Both the position numbers and the translations under genes were made by a program. Positions 25,807 to 37,322 of a stretch of DNA of 63,089 nt are shown here, piece by piece. How positions within the stretch are numbered: position 1 is the stretch's first letter; each line of letters starts with the position of its first letter. The notes beneath the pieces were generated by a model. It ran no database searches and was not told where the DNA came from. It was given only the letters and a program-made list of their open reading frames with translations. Location of the stretch: contig NC_068982.1 of the NCBI RefSeq assembly GCF_001194135.2, forward strand, positions 11,031,528 to 11,094,616, read 5' to 3'. The DNA comes from Octopus bimaculoides (lineage: Eukaryota).

Positions 25807-27044
25807 TTTCTACATAACTTCATTTGATTTTGTAAATTAACGATCTGGTGTGTTTACTTTTTTGGCCTGTACACTGAATTCTTTTGCCCCAGGTGTCAGG
25901 AAGACACTTGCCAAGAAATGGAAATGAATATAAAAGAAGAAAAACTAATAACAACAACAACAACACCATCAGAAATGTGAAAGGGTTAAACTCTTCTACA
26001 TTAAAATCAACATGGCTGAAATTCCCTCTAGTATATCAATCGATAAATATATTCTGAAAAAAATACATAGAAAATGTGATTTCTAATTTTTTAGATTAAA
26101 ATGAAATATTACATTAGATGCACTTAGCATTGGTAGCAACAGGGCCTTTACATTATTGCTGGCGAAAAAAACTTACTTTGCAACGATTAAATCCATAGAG
26201 CGTCTCTGCAAGGGAGAGCGTATAGAAAACTTAGCATTTAGAGATCAATAAAATTTAATGGAAATTTGAAGCATCTAAAAAAAAGACTATACTAAAATAT
26301 TCGTTCTTTGTAAGTTTTCAAAATGGTCTTTATTCTGATCTGTAATGACTGCTAAAATACTCGTTCTTTAACTCTAATGAAGACGAATACACAAAAAGGT
26401 ATAAAGAAGCAATCATAACAGATAGTTTACAGTGTTACTGCAGCAATATTTAAAACGAATTTTTATTTTGTAAACTCTTGTGTGTAGTTTATACATATAT
26501 GATTATATTATGTGTCGCGAAATTTTCAAACTGCATTTAATTATTTTAATATATGAAACATAAATTCTATTACCAAATACAATCCTATATATCGTTAGAT
26601 AAAAGACGTGTTCTATAAGTGAAACATTGCTTTCTGGTTGAAATTACTAAGATGTTTTTCTAATTTTAAACTTTTACCATTGATAAACAAAAAATATTGT
26701 TGAAACTAGTTTGGTATATATGTAAAAAATGTATTTTAAACATTCACGAGGTTTTGAAATTTAGGTGCATTTTCAACAACACATTTTCCTATATATATAT
26801 ATATATAAATAACGTGAATTAAAGCGTCTTGCTCAAGAACACAACTCGTCGTCGGCAATCGAACTTATGACTTTACTATCGTGAGCCGTACACCCCTAAC
26901 CCCTAACAAGCCTTCACTCTCCAATGATATCGTCAGTAGCTTGTAGCATGGGTTGTTGAGAATTCTCCTTTTTTCCTAACATATGTATGTTTGTTAGGAT
27001 TAAGTAACGCGTAATAAATATTTACTGGTGAAAATACTCGATTT

Positions 27045-27102
<58 letters not shown>

Positions 27103-27169
27103 AGGCTTCACTGTAACTTTAAGTTTGGCCTCGTGTGGCGTATTTAAACAATGTGAATATACCTTGAGA

Positions 27170-27525
27170 GGATTATATCAAAATGTAGGATTACTATGTT
27201 TCGCTAATTATAACCATATATTCTGGATAGAATTTTGAAAGACGCAGACATTTTCATCAAAACCTTAAGCATAGCTATAACCTTAGAAGTTAACATTAAT
27301 ATGTCATCTTCGTAGATGTTACTCTTAATTTAAGTAATGGTCTCTACAACCGATATAGAAAACCTACCGAATCATTAAAGTCATGTTAATAAATAGTCTA
27401 ACCACACAAGATCAATAACAAAGAGCTTAGTTAAGAACTTTTCTCTTAGAATATCCAAGGTTTCCGCTAATGAGCACCATTTTAATGACCATTTCTCGCA
27501 TTATAACGCGGCATTACTTAGATGA
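27170..27525 (+). pseudogene. Penelope-like element reverse transcriptase remnant
   Basis: GLYQNVGL (cf. GLYRDDGL), FVDVTLNLSNGLYNRYRKP, SNHTRSI, HYNAAL; matches the PLE RT/thumb pattern (FLDVT.DL....Y.PYRKP...SNHP). Confidence 0.8.
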
Positions 27526-27816
27526 AGGTTTCTAACTATTTTCTGATAACGTTGAGATAACCGAAATTTATGTAGAAAAATGGTTGTACAATACGCCTCA
27601 CGTAATTTAAAAGTAGTAAACTCAATGACTAACGAATATTGTTTTTCATTATAATAAGCATTTCCTTTCGACACAAATTTCTCTATCAGCACCATAAATT
27701 TTTTATTTGAAATGCTGTGATCCTATCCTACTCCACTACACCTTAGTTTCATCTAACCTGACTAAATTAAACCAAAATAGATTTAGTGATGGCAGTTACA
27801 GCTATTTTACTATATA

Positions 27817-28204
27817 TTGTTGTTGTTGGCACTCCGTCGCTTACGACGTCGAGGGTTCCAGTTGATCCGATCAAACGGAACAGCCTGCTCGTGGAATTAA
27901 CGTGCAAGTGGCTGAGCATTCCACAGACACGTGTACCCTTAACGTAGTTCTCGGGGATATTCAGCGTGACACAGTGTGACAAGGCTGACCTTTTGAATTA
28001 CAGGCACAACAGAAACAGGAAGTAAGAGTGAGAGAAAGTTGTGGTGAAAGAGTACAGCAGGGTTCGCCACCATCCCCTGCCGGAGCCTCGTGGAGCTTTA
28101 GGTGTTTTCGCTCAAGAAACACTCACAACGCCCGGTCTGGGAATCGAAACTGCGATCCTACGACCGCGAGTCCGCTGCCCTAACCACTGGGCCATTGCAC
28201 CTCC
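27817..28204 (-). mobile_element. tRNA-derived SINE family D, full length, (CAA)n tail
   Basis: A-box TGGCCCAGTGG, B-box GTTTCGATTCC, TTGAGCGAAAACACC body. Confidence 0.9.
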
Positions 28205-28359
28205 ACTTTACTATATAACTAAAGCACGTAACTGTCCCCTTAACTCGTATTGCTTAGCTAAAGAAACAGTCCACAATGTTTGCTGGAAAACACCTCTAAT
28301 AAGACACATTTCAGCTTAACTGCTAATTATCCTTTTTAAACAATGTCAACATGCGCATG

Positions 28360-28780
28360 TTGTGAAATTTGTGTTGTTACCCATCAACGTTATCAAAGCT
28401 TTTGAGCGTGTCTGCCACGCGAGCCTTCTGTTAAAATTGTCCTCATGGGCTTCATCCATCTTTCATCCAAAGAAAGGCCATTCAACTGATTATCGCAGAC
28501 ACGCTCCACTATCTGGTCTACATAAGTACCGTCTTATTTCTCTGTCGTTTCGATCATGATTTACAATGGCCTGTTCTGCTCAGAACGAGTTGTCTTATTA
28601 CAAATCACTTCCACTCAGGCACTCTCGATTCATTCGTTTCTTCTCCTAACAATGTCGTGATAAACCCACAAGCCCTACACTAGCTATTAATTAATTACCT
28701 CTGCGCTCCTGTTCTTTTCCCACCGTTGATGGCTTTTCAGTTTAAGCAGGATGTCAACCGCATTAATCACAAACTGGCAT
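28360..28780 (+). pseudogene. CR1/Zenon-like LINE RT remnant (internally deleted)
   Basis: KAFERVCHASLLLKLSS (cf. KAFDRVWH..LL.KL) plus decayed C-terminal segment. Confidence 0.7.
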
Positions 28781-28904
28781 TATAGGGTTTATAAAGACTA
28801 TGAGCAGAAGTCTTCCAGACACAGAAATTAAGAGAAAATTATATTTACCAATTCTTGTTACATCCTGATTAAATTAATGCCTAATTAAATAAAGTTTAGA
28901 AAAC

Positions 28905-29243
28905 AGATCCCCTTCGGTCATGAATAATCATGGGATTGCACCCTAAAAAGTTCCCCTCCGAGGTACAAGTCCGAGCAAGGTTGTTTATGGAAGACCAGCA
29001 GTCGCTCATGCATACTAGTCTCCCCTCTCCCCACGCCACCGATGTTATCCAAGGGGAAAAAAACATACGCCGACACAGCTTAGCAGCAGTGACGTTGCAA
29101 CTCATTTCTACAGCTGAGTAAACTGGAGCAACGTTAAATAAAGTGTCTTGCTCAAGAACACAACACACAGCCCGGTCAAGGATTCGAAATCACTATCTGA
29201 TAATTGTGAGCCCAGTGCTCTACCCGCTGAGCCATGCACCTTC
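28905..29243 (-). mobile_element. CORE-like tRNA SINE family C (plus-strand copy 38510-38830; fragments 26815-26920, 38300-38420)
   Basis: TGGCTCAG A-box, GTTCTTGAGCAAGACACTTTAT core-like motif, GGAGAGGGGAG...CTGCTGGTCTTCCATAAA tail shared by both copies. Confidence 0.85.
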
Positions 29244-30734
29244 AAATTGCATAGCTCTACAAAATATTACCTTGGTCTTTTTAATAACCTAGAATATTAT
29301 TCTAAATAATTTGTCTTTGATATAAATAACGCTAGAGATAATATTTATAACATAAGCCTTTAATATCCATAATAACTTTTACTAATAACTATAAAGTTAA
29401 ATTATCAAAGCGTAGAATTACTTAAGTTGACAGGATTTAATAATGAGGAAACTAATGACGTCTCGGTAATGTATTTATCAGTTTGTGATTTATATGTATG
29501 TATATATATATATATTACGTTTATATATATACTCGCGTACATGTTTAGTTATAGCTTATATGTTTATAGTAAAATAGAGACAAACTCGACAGAATTTGAA
29601 CTCAGGACGCAAAGCCGTACGAAACTCCGCTAAGCATTTTGCACGACATGCTAACACCCCTTTCAGCTCCCTACCTTAATATTATCATAATATTTGCCCT
29701 GTTTAAAATTAAACTACGTGTTACATAGATATACAACGGCATTTATCATAATACTGGAAAACGTAGGTTGAAGAAAGTTACTTTACGTTTAATATTTATG
29801 TTAAACGTTCAAACAGATACATTGTATATAGGAAACGAACTCAAAAATAAGTAGAAATAGAAATATATTTAAATCTCTTCTCTTGGTTCATCAGTTATAA
29901 AATTTCCTCATATTTGAGAATTTCTTGATCCTAGCGTAGTTGCGCGTCTTCGGATGATTTGTTTATTTTCGTTACAACTACGAAACCTCTAATGCTATTT
30001 ATAACTCTGAGAACTGCTTTAATTTTATGCAGTTCCTTAAACCAATTAAGGAACGAATGCGTGTGTGCGCACGAATTGCTTCATTAATCAACAATAACTT
30101 AGGCTTAACGTCCAAACCATGAATATTTTCATCCCAGTAAAATAAAGAAGACTGGCAAACACTTCTTCTTCGTTTAATACGAAGGTGCTTCTAAAAGAAA
30201 GCACTATCTGTCCTACCCTTTAAGACAGAGGAATTCTCTCTCTCCCTCATTTTCTTTCTTTCCCTCTCTCTCCATCTCTTTCTCTCTCTCCCTCACCGTT
30301 GCTTTATCCCTTACATTGAATAAGGCACAACTGTACGAAAAACAGAACCAATGTTTTCTGTCAAGAGGGACCTGCCTCATGTATCTCCTCTTCGCTGTTA
30401 CTGAAGAGCAGATAACCACTCCGAAATGCATGCACCCAACAGTCTGATTGGGAAACGCGATGAACTGACTACTCACAGTGTTTATATTTTTGTGTTTACA
30501 GCGATAACATTTTCTTGCAGCATATTTGATCTGATAACAATTTCGCATTATATTTTTAATATCAACTTCGAGGCATTAAAACATTGCAATATTAGACTAA
30601 TTGAAAAATTACTTCGGCAAACAATTAGCAAAGTTTTTTAAATTATGTTCTAATACTCATAAAAAATTAATATATTGCCAACGCGCGCGATGTGTGTGTG
30701 TGTACCGTTAGTAAAAGAACAAAACCCCAATAAC

Positions 30735-31780
30735 TTCACTACGCAACTGGTACTTAATTTATCGATCCATAAAGGATGAAAAGCAAAGTCGACCTCGGCG
30801 AAATTTGAACTTAGAACGTAACGGCAGACGAAATACCGCTAAGCATTTCGCCCTGTATGCTAAGGATTCTGCCAGATCACTGCCTTACTACCACTCAGTA
30901 TTACGCTTCAATCAAATGGTCATAGTAAATGTTCATCTTTTAGAAGATGGAATTACTTTAGCCATACAAAGGTTGCTCTGGACTCATTTAATCTACATTG
31001 CCACAGGCAACAATAACATTTTCATAATGTAAAATCTATTAAAAGCCATGTCCCTATATACAGATTAAGAGGCAGTCAAAAGTTCGTCTTTCTCTAAAAA
31101 TGTTTCTACTGCAATTACTTTACCACTCATTAGTGGTTTCAAATTTTGTCACAGGAGAGGGGCTAAGTCGATTACATTGACCCCAGTGCTCTACTAGTAC
31201 TTGTTTTATCGACCCCGAAAAGATGAAAGGCAAAGTCGACCTTGGTGGAATTTGAACTCAGAAAGTAATGACGAACGAAATGACGCTAAGCATTTTACCC
31301 GTGCTAACGATTCTTTTCTACTCTAAGCACAAGGTCCGACATTTTGGGGAGGGTACCAGTCGATTAGATCGACCCCAGTACGCAGCGGGCACTTAATTTA
31401 TCGATCCATAAAGGATGAAAGGCAAAATCGATCTCGGCAGAATTTGAACTCAGAACGTAAAGACAGACGAAATACCGCTAAGCATTTCGCCCGGTGTGCT
31501 AGCGTTTCTGCTAGATCGTTGCCTTACTACCACTCAGTATTACGTTTCAATCAAGGTGGTAAGCTGGCAGAATCGATAGCACGCCGGGCAAAAATGTTTT
31601 GAGCCGTTTCGTCCGTCCTTTCATCCTGAGTTCAGATTCCACCAAGGCCGATTTTGCTTTTCATCTTTTTGGTGTCGATAAAATAAATAACAGTTGAGCA
31701 CAGTGACCGAGGTAATCGACTTACCCATCCCCCAAAACTGCTGACCTTGCGCCGAAATTTGAAACCAATTTTACATCTCC
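30735..31780. mobile_element. Cluster of family A SINEs: three minus (30735-30885, 31135-31320, 31320-31525) and one plus (31555-31770)
   Basis: Consensus motifs; the last two are head-to-head. Confidence 0.85.
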
Positions 31781-32074
31781 ATGTTGATTTTCACTTTCTT
31801 TATTCGAACTTCCATTTCCATCTTCTGAAACATTACTTCTTATCACTCTTTCGCACCTGTCTTATTTTACTCTATTTACTTCTCATAACATTATATTATT
31901 TTATCATTATATTACTACATTATATTATTACACTATTGTATTATCATAGGCTGCTTTATCATCATATATAATTTATTTCATCGTTATATGCTTATATTTT
32001 TATGTTATATTATGTTTATATTATTACGTTATAGTATTTTATATTATATTATTTTCGCTGTCCCAAAAGCCATA

Positions 32075-32480
32075 TCTTAACGACACCTCAGCCAATCACA
32101 TTGCATAATTTGCTCTCTATTTTATGGCCATGATTCATCTAACATCTCAACCAATCACACCACTTAATTCGCTTTCTGGTTTGTGAATCATGACTCACCA
32201 CACGTCTCAACTAATCGCACTGTGAGCCGATAAGACAGTCTCGACCTGCTCGCTTGATCTGTTAGAAATAACAGCCAAATCTCTTTCAAAACGCACCCCA
32301 CCCATGCAGAAAAGAATGAGCAATGTAGACAATAGAATTCTAGATACGCAAAAAGGCACAACAGTTACAGTTAAAAAGCCTTTGATCATAGATCCGTTCG
32401 ATCAGTACAGCAACCAATCATAGTGCATAATTCACTCGCTGCTTTATAGTCTCAATCAATCACAACTTATTATATATCAC
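32075..32480. repeat. Degenerate ~59-bp tandem array with CCAAT and TGA(C/T)TCA, block 1 (interrupted by a SINE-like insert ~32220-32410)
   Basis: CCAAT at 32092 and 32151, CTAAT at 32211, CCAAT at 32414; TGATTCA 32131, TGACTCA 32191. Confidence 0.8.
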
Positions 32481-33400
32481 TACGCCAATAGCTCTTCCTG
32501 GTTTTTATAATACCCTTTTGTGGTTTCTATTTTAATAATTTTTGTTCGGTTTGTCTATTTTATTTTTATATTTTTGTTTACCAGTTTTTATTCCAACAAA
32601 AGCTACAACTCGCCGGAGTTATCCTCAGTCGCTTGATGAACGGAAACAAGAGACTCTGAATGATAACTCACAAGAGTTCAGTCGAATAAATCTTGTTTCA
32701 ACCTACTTCATACTCAGTACTTCTCTCGTTAAATAGTACACCCATTTCTGTAGCATTTGGTACATTATACTGCTCGTTGAACTGAATTTTTGGGCAAGCT
32801 GCCTCTATAGCAAGCTAGCTAAACCAGGATAATTTACACGATTAACGTTTCGACGATAAACACATCCAGCCTCAGCAGAATGCGCTCTTGTTTCAACAAC
32901 ACAGCGAGCGATACAGTATAAATTTGAAATGGGAACTTCAATCATAATGAAACTTGCATTGGTCGATTACACAACCGTGGATGCCTCCTCTATGGATGCG
33001 TTTCAGTAACTCTCTTGTGAGAACTTGAGAACTTGGTGATTCTGGCCGTTCTAGGATTCCTCTGTTCATCACCAATTTAAGAAGCACCGTTAACACAGTT
33101 TAACTCTTCCGCTGCCTCTTCATAATCTGCTGCGCTTCAGTTCCATGACTTCGCCGTATCCCTTGCAAGGTGGCTGAACGGCTACTATGCCTTGTCAAAG
33201 GGTAGCCCTTAACTATGAAAAGCACAGTCGTCATTCTGTGAGGTATTTTCAAAATACCCGCATATCCAACGGGTATTTTGACATAACATTATACAAGTTT
33301 GATTTTATATTATTATCTTATATCATTGTATGATATTCATACATTATGATTACACTATTTCATAAAATTGAAAATAGTTACATCTAAAAGAAGGCACTGC

Positions 33401-33704
33401 GAAGCCCATGGCCTAGTGGTTTGAGCAGCGAACTTGCGGTCGAAGGATCGCAGGTTCGAATCTCAGACAGAGCGATGTGCGTGTTTATGAGCGAAACACC
33501 TAAGCTCCACGCGGCTCCGGCAGAAGGCAATGGCGAACTTCTGCTGACTCTTTCGCCACAATTTGTTCTCACTCTTTCCTCCTGCATCTAGCAGCTCACC
33601 TGCGACGGACCGACGTCCCGTCCAGGTAGGAAACCTATACGCCAATGAAACCAGGAAAACGGCCCTTATGAGCCAAGCATGGCTCTAGAAGGAACAAACA
33701 AAAG
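33401..33704 (+). mobile_element. tRNA-derived SINE with family D head/body and a different 3' tail
   Basis: First ~185 bp align with the 28204 element; tail differs. Confidence 0.85.
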
Positions 33705-33749
33705 ACACTTCCCCTTCGTTTTTTTTCTCGAAGAATGAAGCTGGTCATG

Positions 33750-34330
33750 GGAAGTTCATGTTACCAGATGATATCTAATGTTCATTGGAATTTTTGACTA
33801 TAAATCGTAACACCCTCCACTGCCGACCCATTGGAAGTGGTGGTTAAATCCATACCCACCTCTTCCTCCTGGCTTCCAGCTTAGCTCTTCCACTTTCTTG
33901 CTCATAACAGACGATAGACTTTTCCTGCTGCCTCCTTAATCCTGCGAGCGCTGTCTTTTCCTGTTTTCCTGTCATTCCACTGACTGTAAGAATTCTGCAT
34001 AACAGTTCAGCCAACCTTAACTAGAAACAACTATACCTGCCAACCTTTCTCCGTTCAATCTTGTAAAAGATTCTCGAATTTAACGCGCTTTCATTGAAAG
34101 ACTTCATCAAACACTTTCCACGAGACAGTATATTCGGCCAAGACGATCTTCATTTTTTTCATATCACATTCGTTCTCAGGTTGGTTTGTTGGTCTAGGGT
34201 AACTAAAGCATTCCTCATAGATTTACTTTCATACCCCATAATTATTCTCTTGGCAGTGGTTGACGGTTTTTCTCTCTGCCTTGATTGCTAGAGTCGGTTT
34301 CAACTGAGTTCAGGATTCCATGCGCTTCTC
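33750..34330 (-). pseudogene. Hero/R2-superclade non-LTR element 3' end (restriction-like endonuclease domain)
   Basis: KIVLAEYTVSWK..F...*KRVKFENLLQD*TEKGW..LF.VKVG...RRIKEAAG (cf. ELTVPWE...RKR.KY.DL..GW..PVEVG); many stops. Confidence 0.7.
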
Positions 34331-34529
34331 ATGCAATAATGAGTTAATGAGTGTCATGTTTGGTTAATAAGTTAGACAATTAGAGAAATAGTTTGTATTC
34401 AGAGATTCTTCTTATAAGGGAGTTTGTTGGTTGGCTACATAGCTTACAGTACGATATCATCATTATATTATTATGTCAATATATTTATATAATACATTAT
34501 CTTTGCTCCCGGTTTTATGGGTTCTAACT

Positions 34530-34885
34530 TACCACACATCTCGTCCAATATATAATTCACTCCCCGTTTCATAGTCATGATTCACTTCACATCTCAGCCA
34601 ATCCTATCATATTTTATTATCGCACTGCTTTATAAGCCTTCTTAACCAATCAACCTACAAGATTCTTTCTGTTTTATTGGCCATGATTCACCACACATCA
34701 CAACCAATCACACAGTTCATTCTCTGTTTTATCGGCAGTAACTTACAACACCACTCAACCGACCAAACCACGTTATTTAAAATCTGTTTTCTGGACAACA
34801 ACGTTCCACCCATCTCACTCAATTAAGCTACATAATTCGTATTTCGTTCGTAATGACTCACCGCGCGTCTCAATCAATCAAAACT
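34530..34885. repeat. Degenerate ~55-60-bp CCAAT/AP-1 tandem array, block 2
   Basis: CCAAT at 34545, 34598, 34646, 34704; TGATTCA 34578 and 34684; TGACTCA 34854. Confidence 0.8.
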
Positions 34886-35246
34886 TACTCGGAAGTTCCG
34901 TAACCCTAACCATTCCGTTATTCTCTCTTACAAACACTATCACTTCAATACACTACATCTTTTTTTGTGGCTTCTAAATTTTATGGCATTTGTCTGGGGG
35001 GGGGGGGGTTAAAGAATTTTTTCTTCATCTTTTTTTAATGAGAGTTTCGAACATTCAACCAATAATTACAAACCGACAAAAAAAAATAATCAGCACCAGT
35101 CCGACATGCGCAATTGGGTGACTTCGAAGAGCGAACACTAAGATTTCATCTCTGTATAAATCTTATCACAGTCTACTGCAATTTATTGAGAACCTTTTAG
35201 CTAAATTACATACGCATTCTTATAGTTTTGTTTTATTCGTTATATA

Positions 35247-35983
35247 CAGGGTTGTCCAAAAGTCACTGAGGGGTTTTGATTTTTAATAACTCCGTTATTT
35301 TTACAAATAGGTGTATGAAATTTTAATTCAATATAGAGGAAATAATGGAGATTAATTTGCATTAGTCATTTTTCATCATACATCCGTATTGTGCATGAAA
35401 AATGACATCTTTTAAATGGCATTCATTTTCAGCTTCACCCATCCGTGTCCTTTCCAAAACCTTCTCCTTGAGGTACCTTCACGAGTCAGTGCTGGTCAAG
35501 TCAGTTGACATTGCAGTAACGAGAAGCTTTTCTTTCTCCAAAATATTGCCTCAGAAACTGTATTGTCTCTCTTGCGGTATGAGCAGTTACCTCACCTTGC
35601 TGAAACTACATATCGGGCCTATTTTGAATGGCCGGGTGCAAAGCGTTCTCAATCATGGACCTCTACCGCTCACCAGTCGCAGTGACAGCATTCCCATCAT
35701 CGTCCTCAAAGAAATAAAACCCGATTATTTCATCCACTGTAAGTACACACCATATTGTATACTTTGTGGGGTGTGATTCTCTTTGGTGCTTTCTGGGTTT
35801 GAATAATTGACTCCTGATTTTGATAGAACAATTTCACCACTTGGATGCGTTGTGCGGTGCCATATTTTCCCATAATCAATTTCCAGGGCCTAGTCCATAA
35901 AATCTCTGAAGAGAAAAAAAAGGGTAAAAAAATAAAAGAATTATCAAAGATTGCAACCTTTCAGTGACTTTGGGGCCACCATA
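35247..35983 (-). mobile_element. Internally deleted IS630-Tc1-mariner element (DUF4817-type HTH; rosa/DD41D-like)
   Basis: TA-flanked imperfect TIRs sharing AAAGTCACTGA; MGKYGTAQRIQVVKLFYQNQES; HP...IWC...IIGFYFFEDDDGNAVT.TGER; FQQGEVTAHTARET; CHLKDVIFH. Confidence 0.85.
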
Positions 35984-36399
35984 TACAAACTTGGGCACAG
36001 AGATGACTGTGTTATAAAGAGTTTGCTTCTCAACGACATGGTTTCAGGTTCAGTTCCATTACGTGGTACCCCAAGCAAGTGACTTCTAGTAGAGTCTTTG
36101 GGTGATCAAAGACGGAAACTGGATAAAACCCGTTGTACATGTGAGTGTGCGTTTGTGTTTGTCCTTCGCCTCCCTTTGACAACTGGTGTTTATTTGTTTT
36201 CATTTCTGTAACTTAAGATTCCACAAAAGAAACCGATAATATAAGTACCGAGCTTTAAAAACAAAAAACAAGTATTGTGATCGATTTTTTCGACTAAAAC
36301 CCTTCAAGGCGATACCCCTAGCATGGCCGCATTCCAGTGACTGAAACAAGTGAAAGGTACATAGATACATAGATATATACATATGTACTTGTGTATGTA

Positions 36400-36990
<591 letters not shown>

Positions 36991-37199
36991 AGTCCATGAA
37001 AACGTACTCATTGTTAAGTAGAAGAGAACTGCATTTATTCAAACCCGACTGTGTGAATCGGTAATTTTTAGAGTTTCTCATGTTTTATCCTTTGGCGACT
37101 AAATTTGTGAAATTGTAAGCGTCTTTATATAAACATATCGATTATTGAAATTCGATCTGATGATACTGAAAAACAACTTAGGCAGTGCTAAATGGCTGC

Positions 37200-37322
37200 A
37201 TGCGTGGGCGAGTGAGTGAGAAAGAAGAAGACGAAAGAAAATAGAAGAAGAAGTAAAACGGAATGAAGAAGAAGAAGAAGAAGAAGAAGAAGAAGAAGAA
37301 GAAGAAGAAGAAGAAGAAGAAA
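37200..37322. repeat. (GAA)n tract
   Basis: Direct reading. Confidence 0.95.

Noticed and set aside
30402-30432. CTGAAGA...CGAAATGCATG as a hammerhead
   Set aside because: Stem II out of register and position 17 would be G
33249-33281. 12-bp hairpin TCAAAATACCCG/CGGGTATTTTGA as a terminator
   Set aside because: Eukaryotic context and no associated transcription unit
32075-34885. CRISPR array or paired LTRs
   Set aside because: Eukaryotic context; degenerate units without unique spacers; no TG...CA ends, PBS or gag/pol between the blocks
34879-34895. Telomere-like TAACCC units (also ~26893-26908)
   Set aside because: Only 1-2 units; chance
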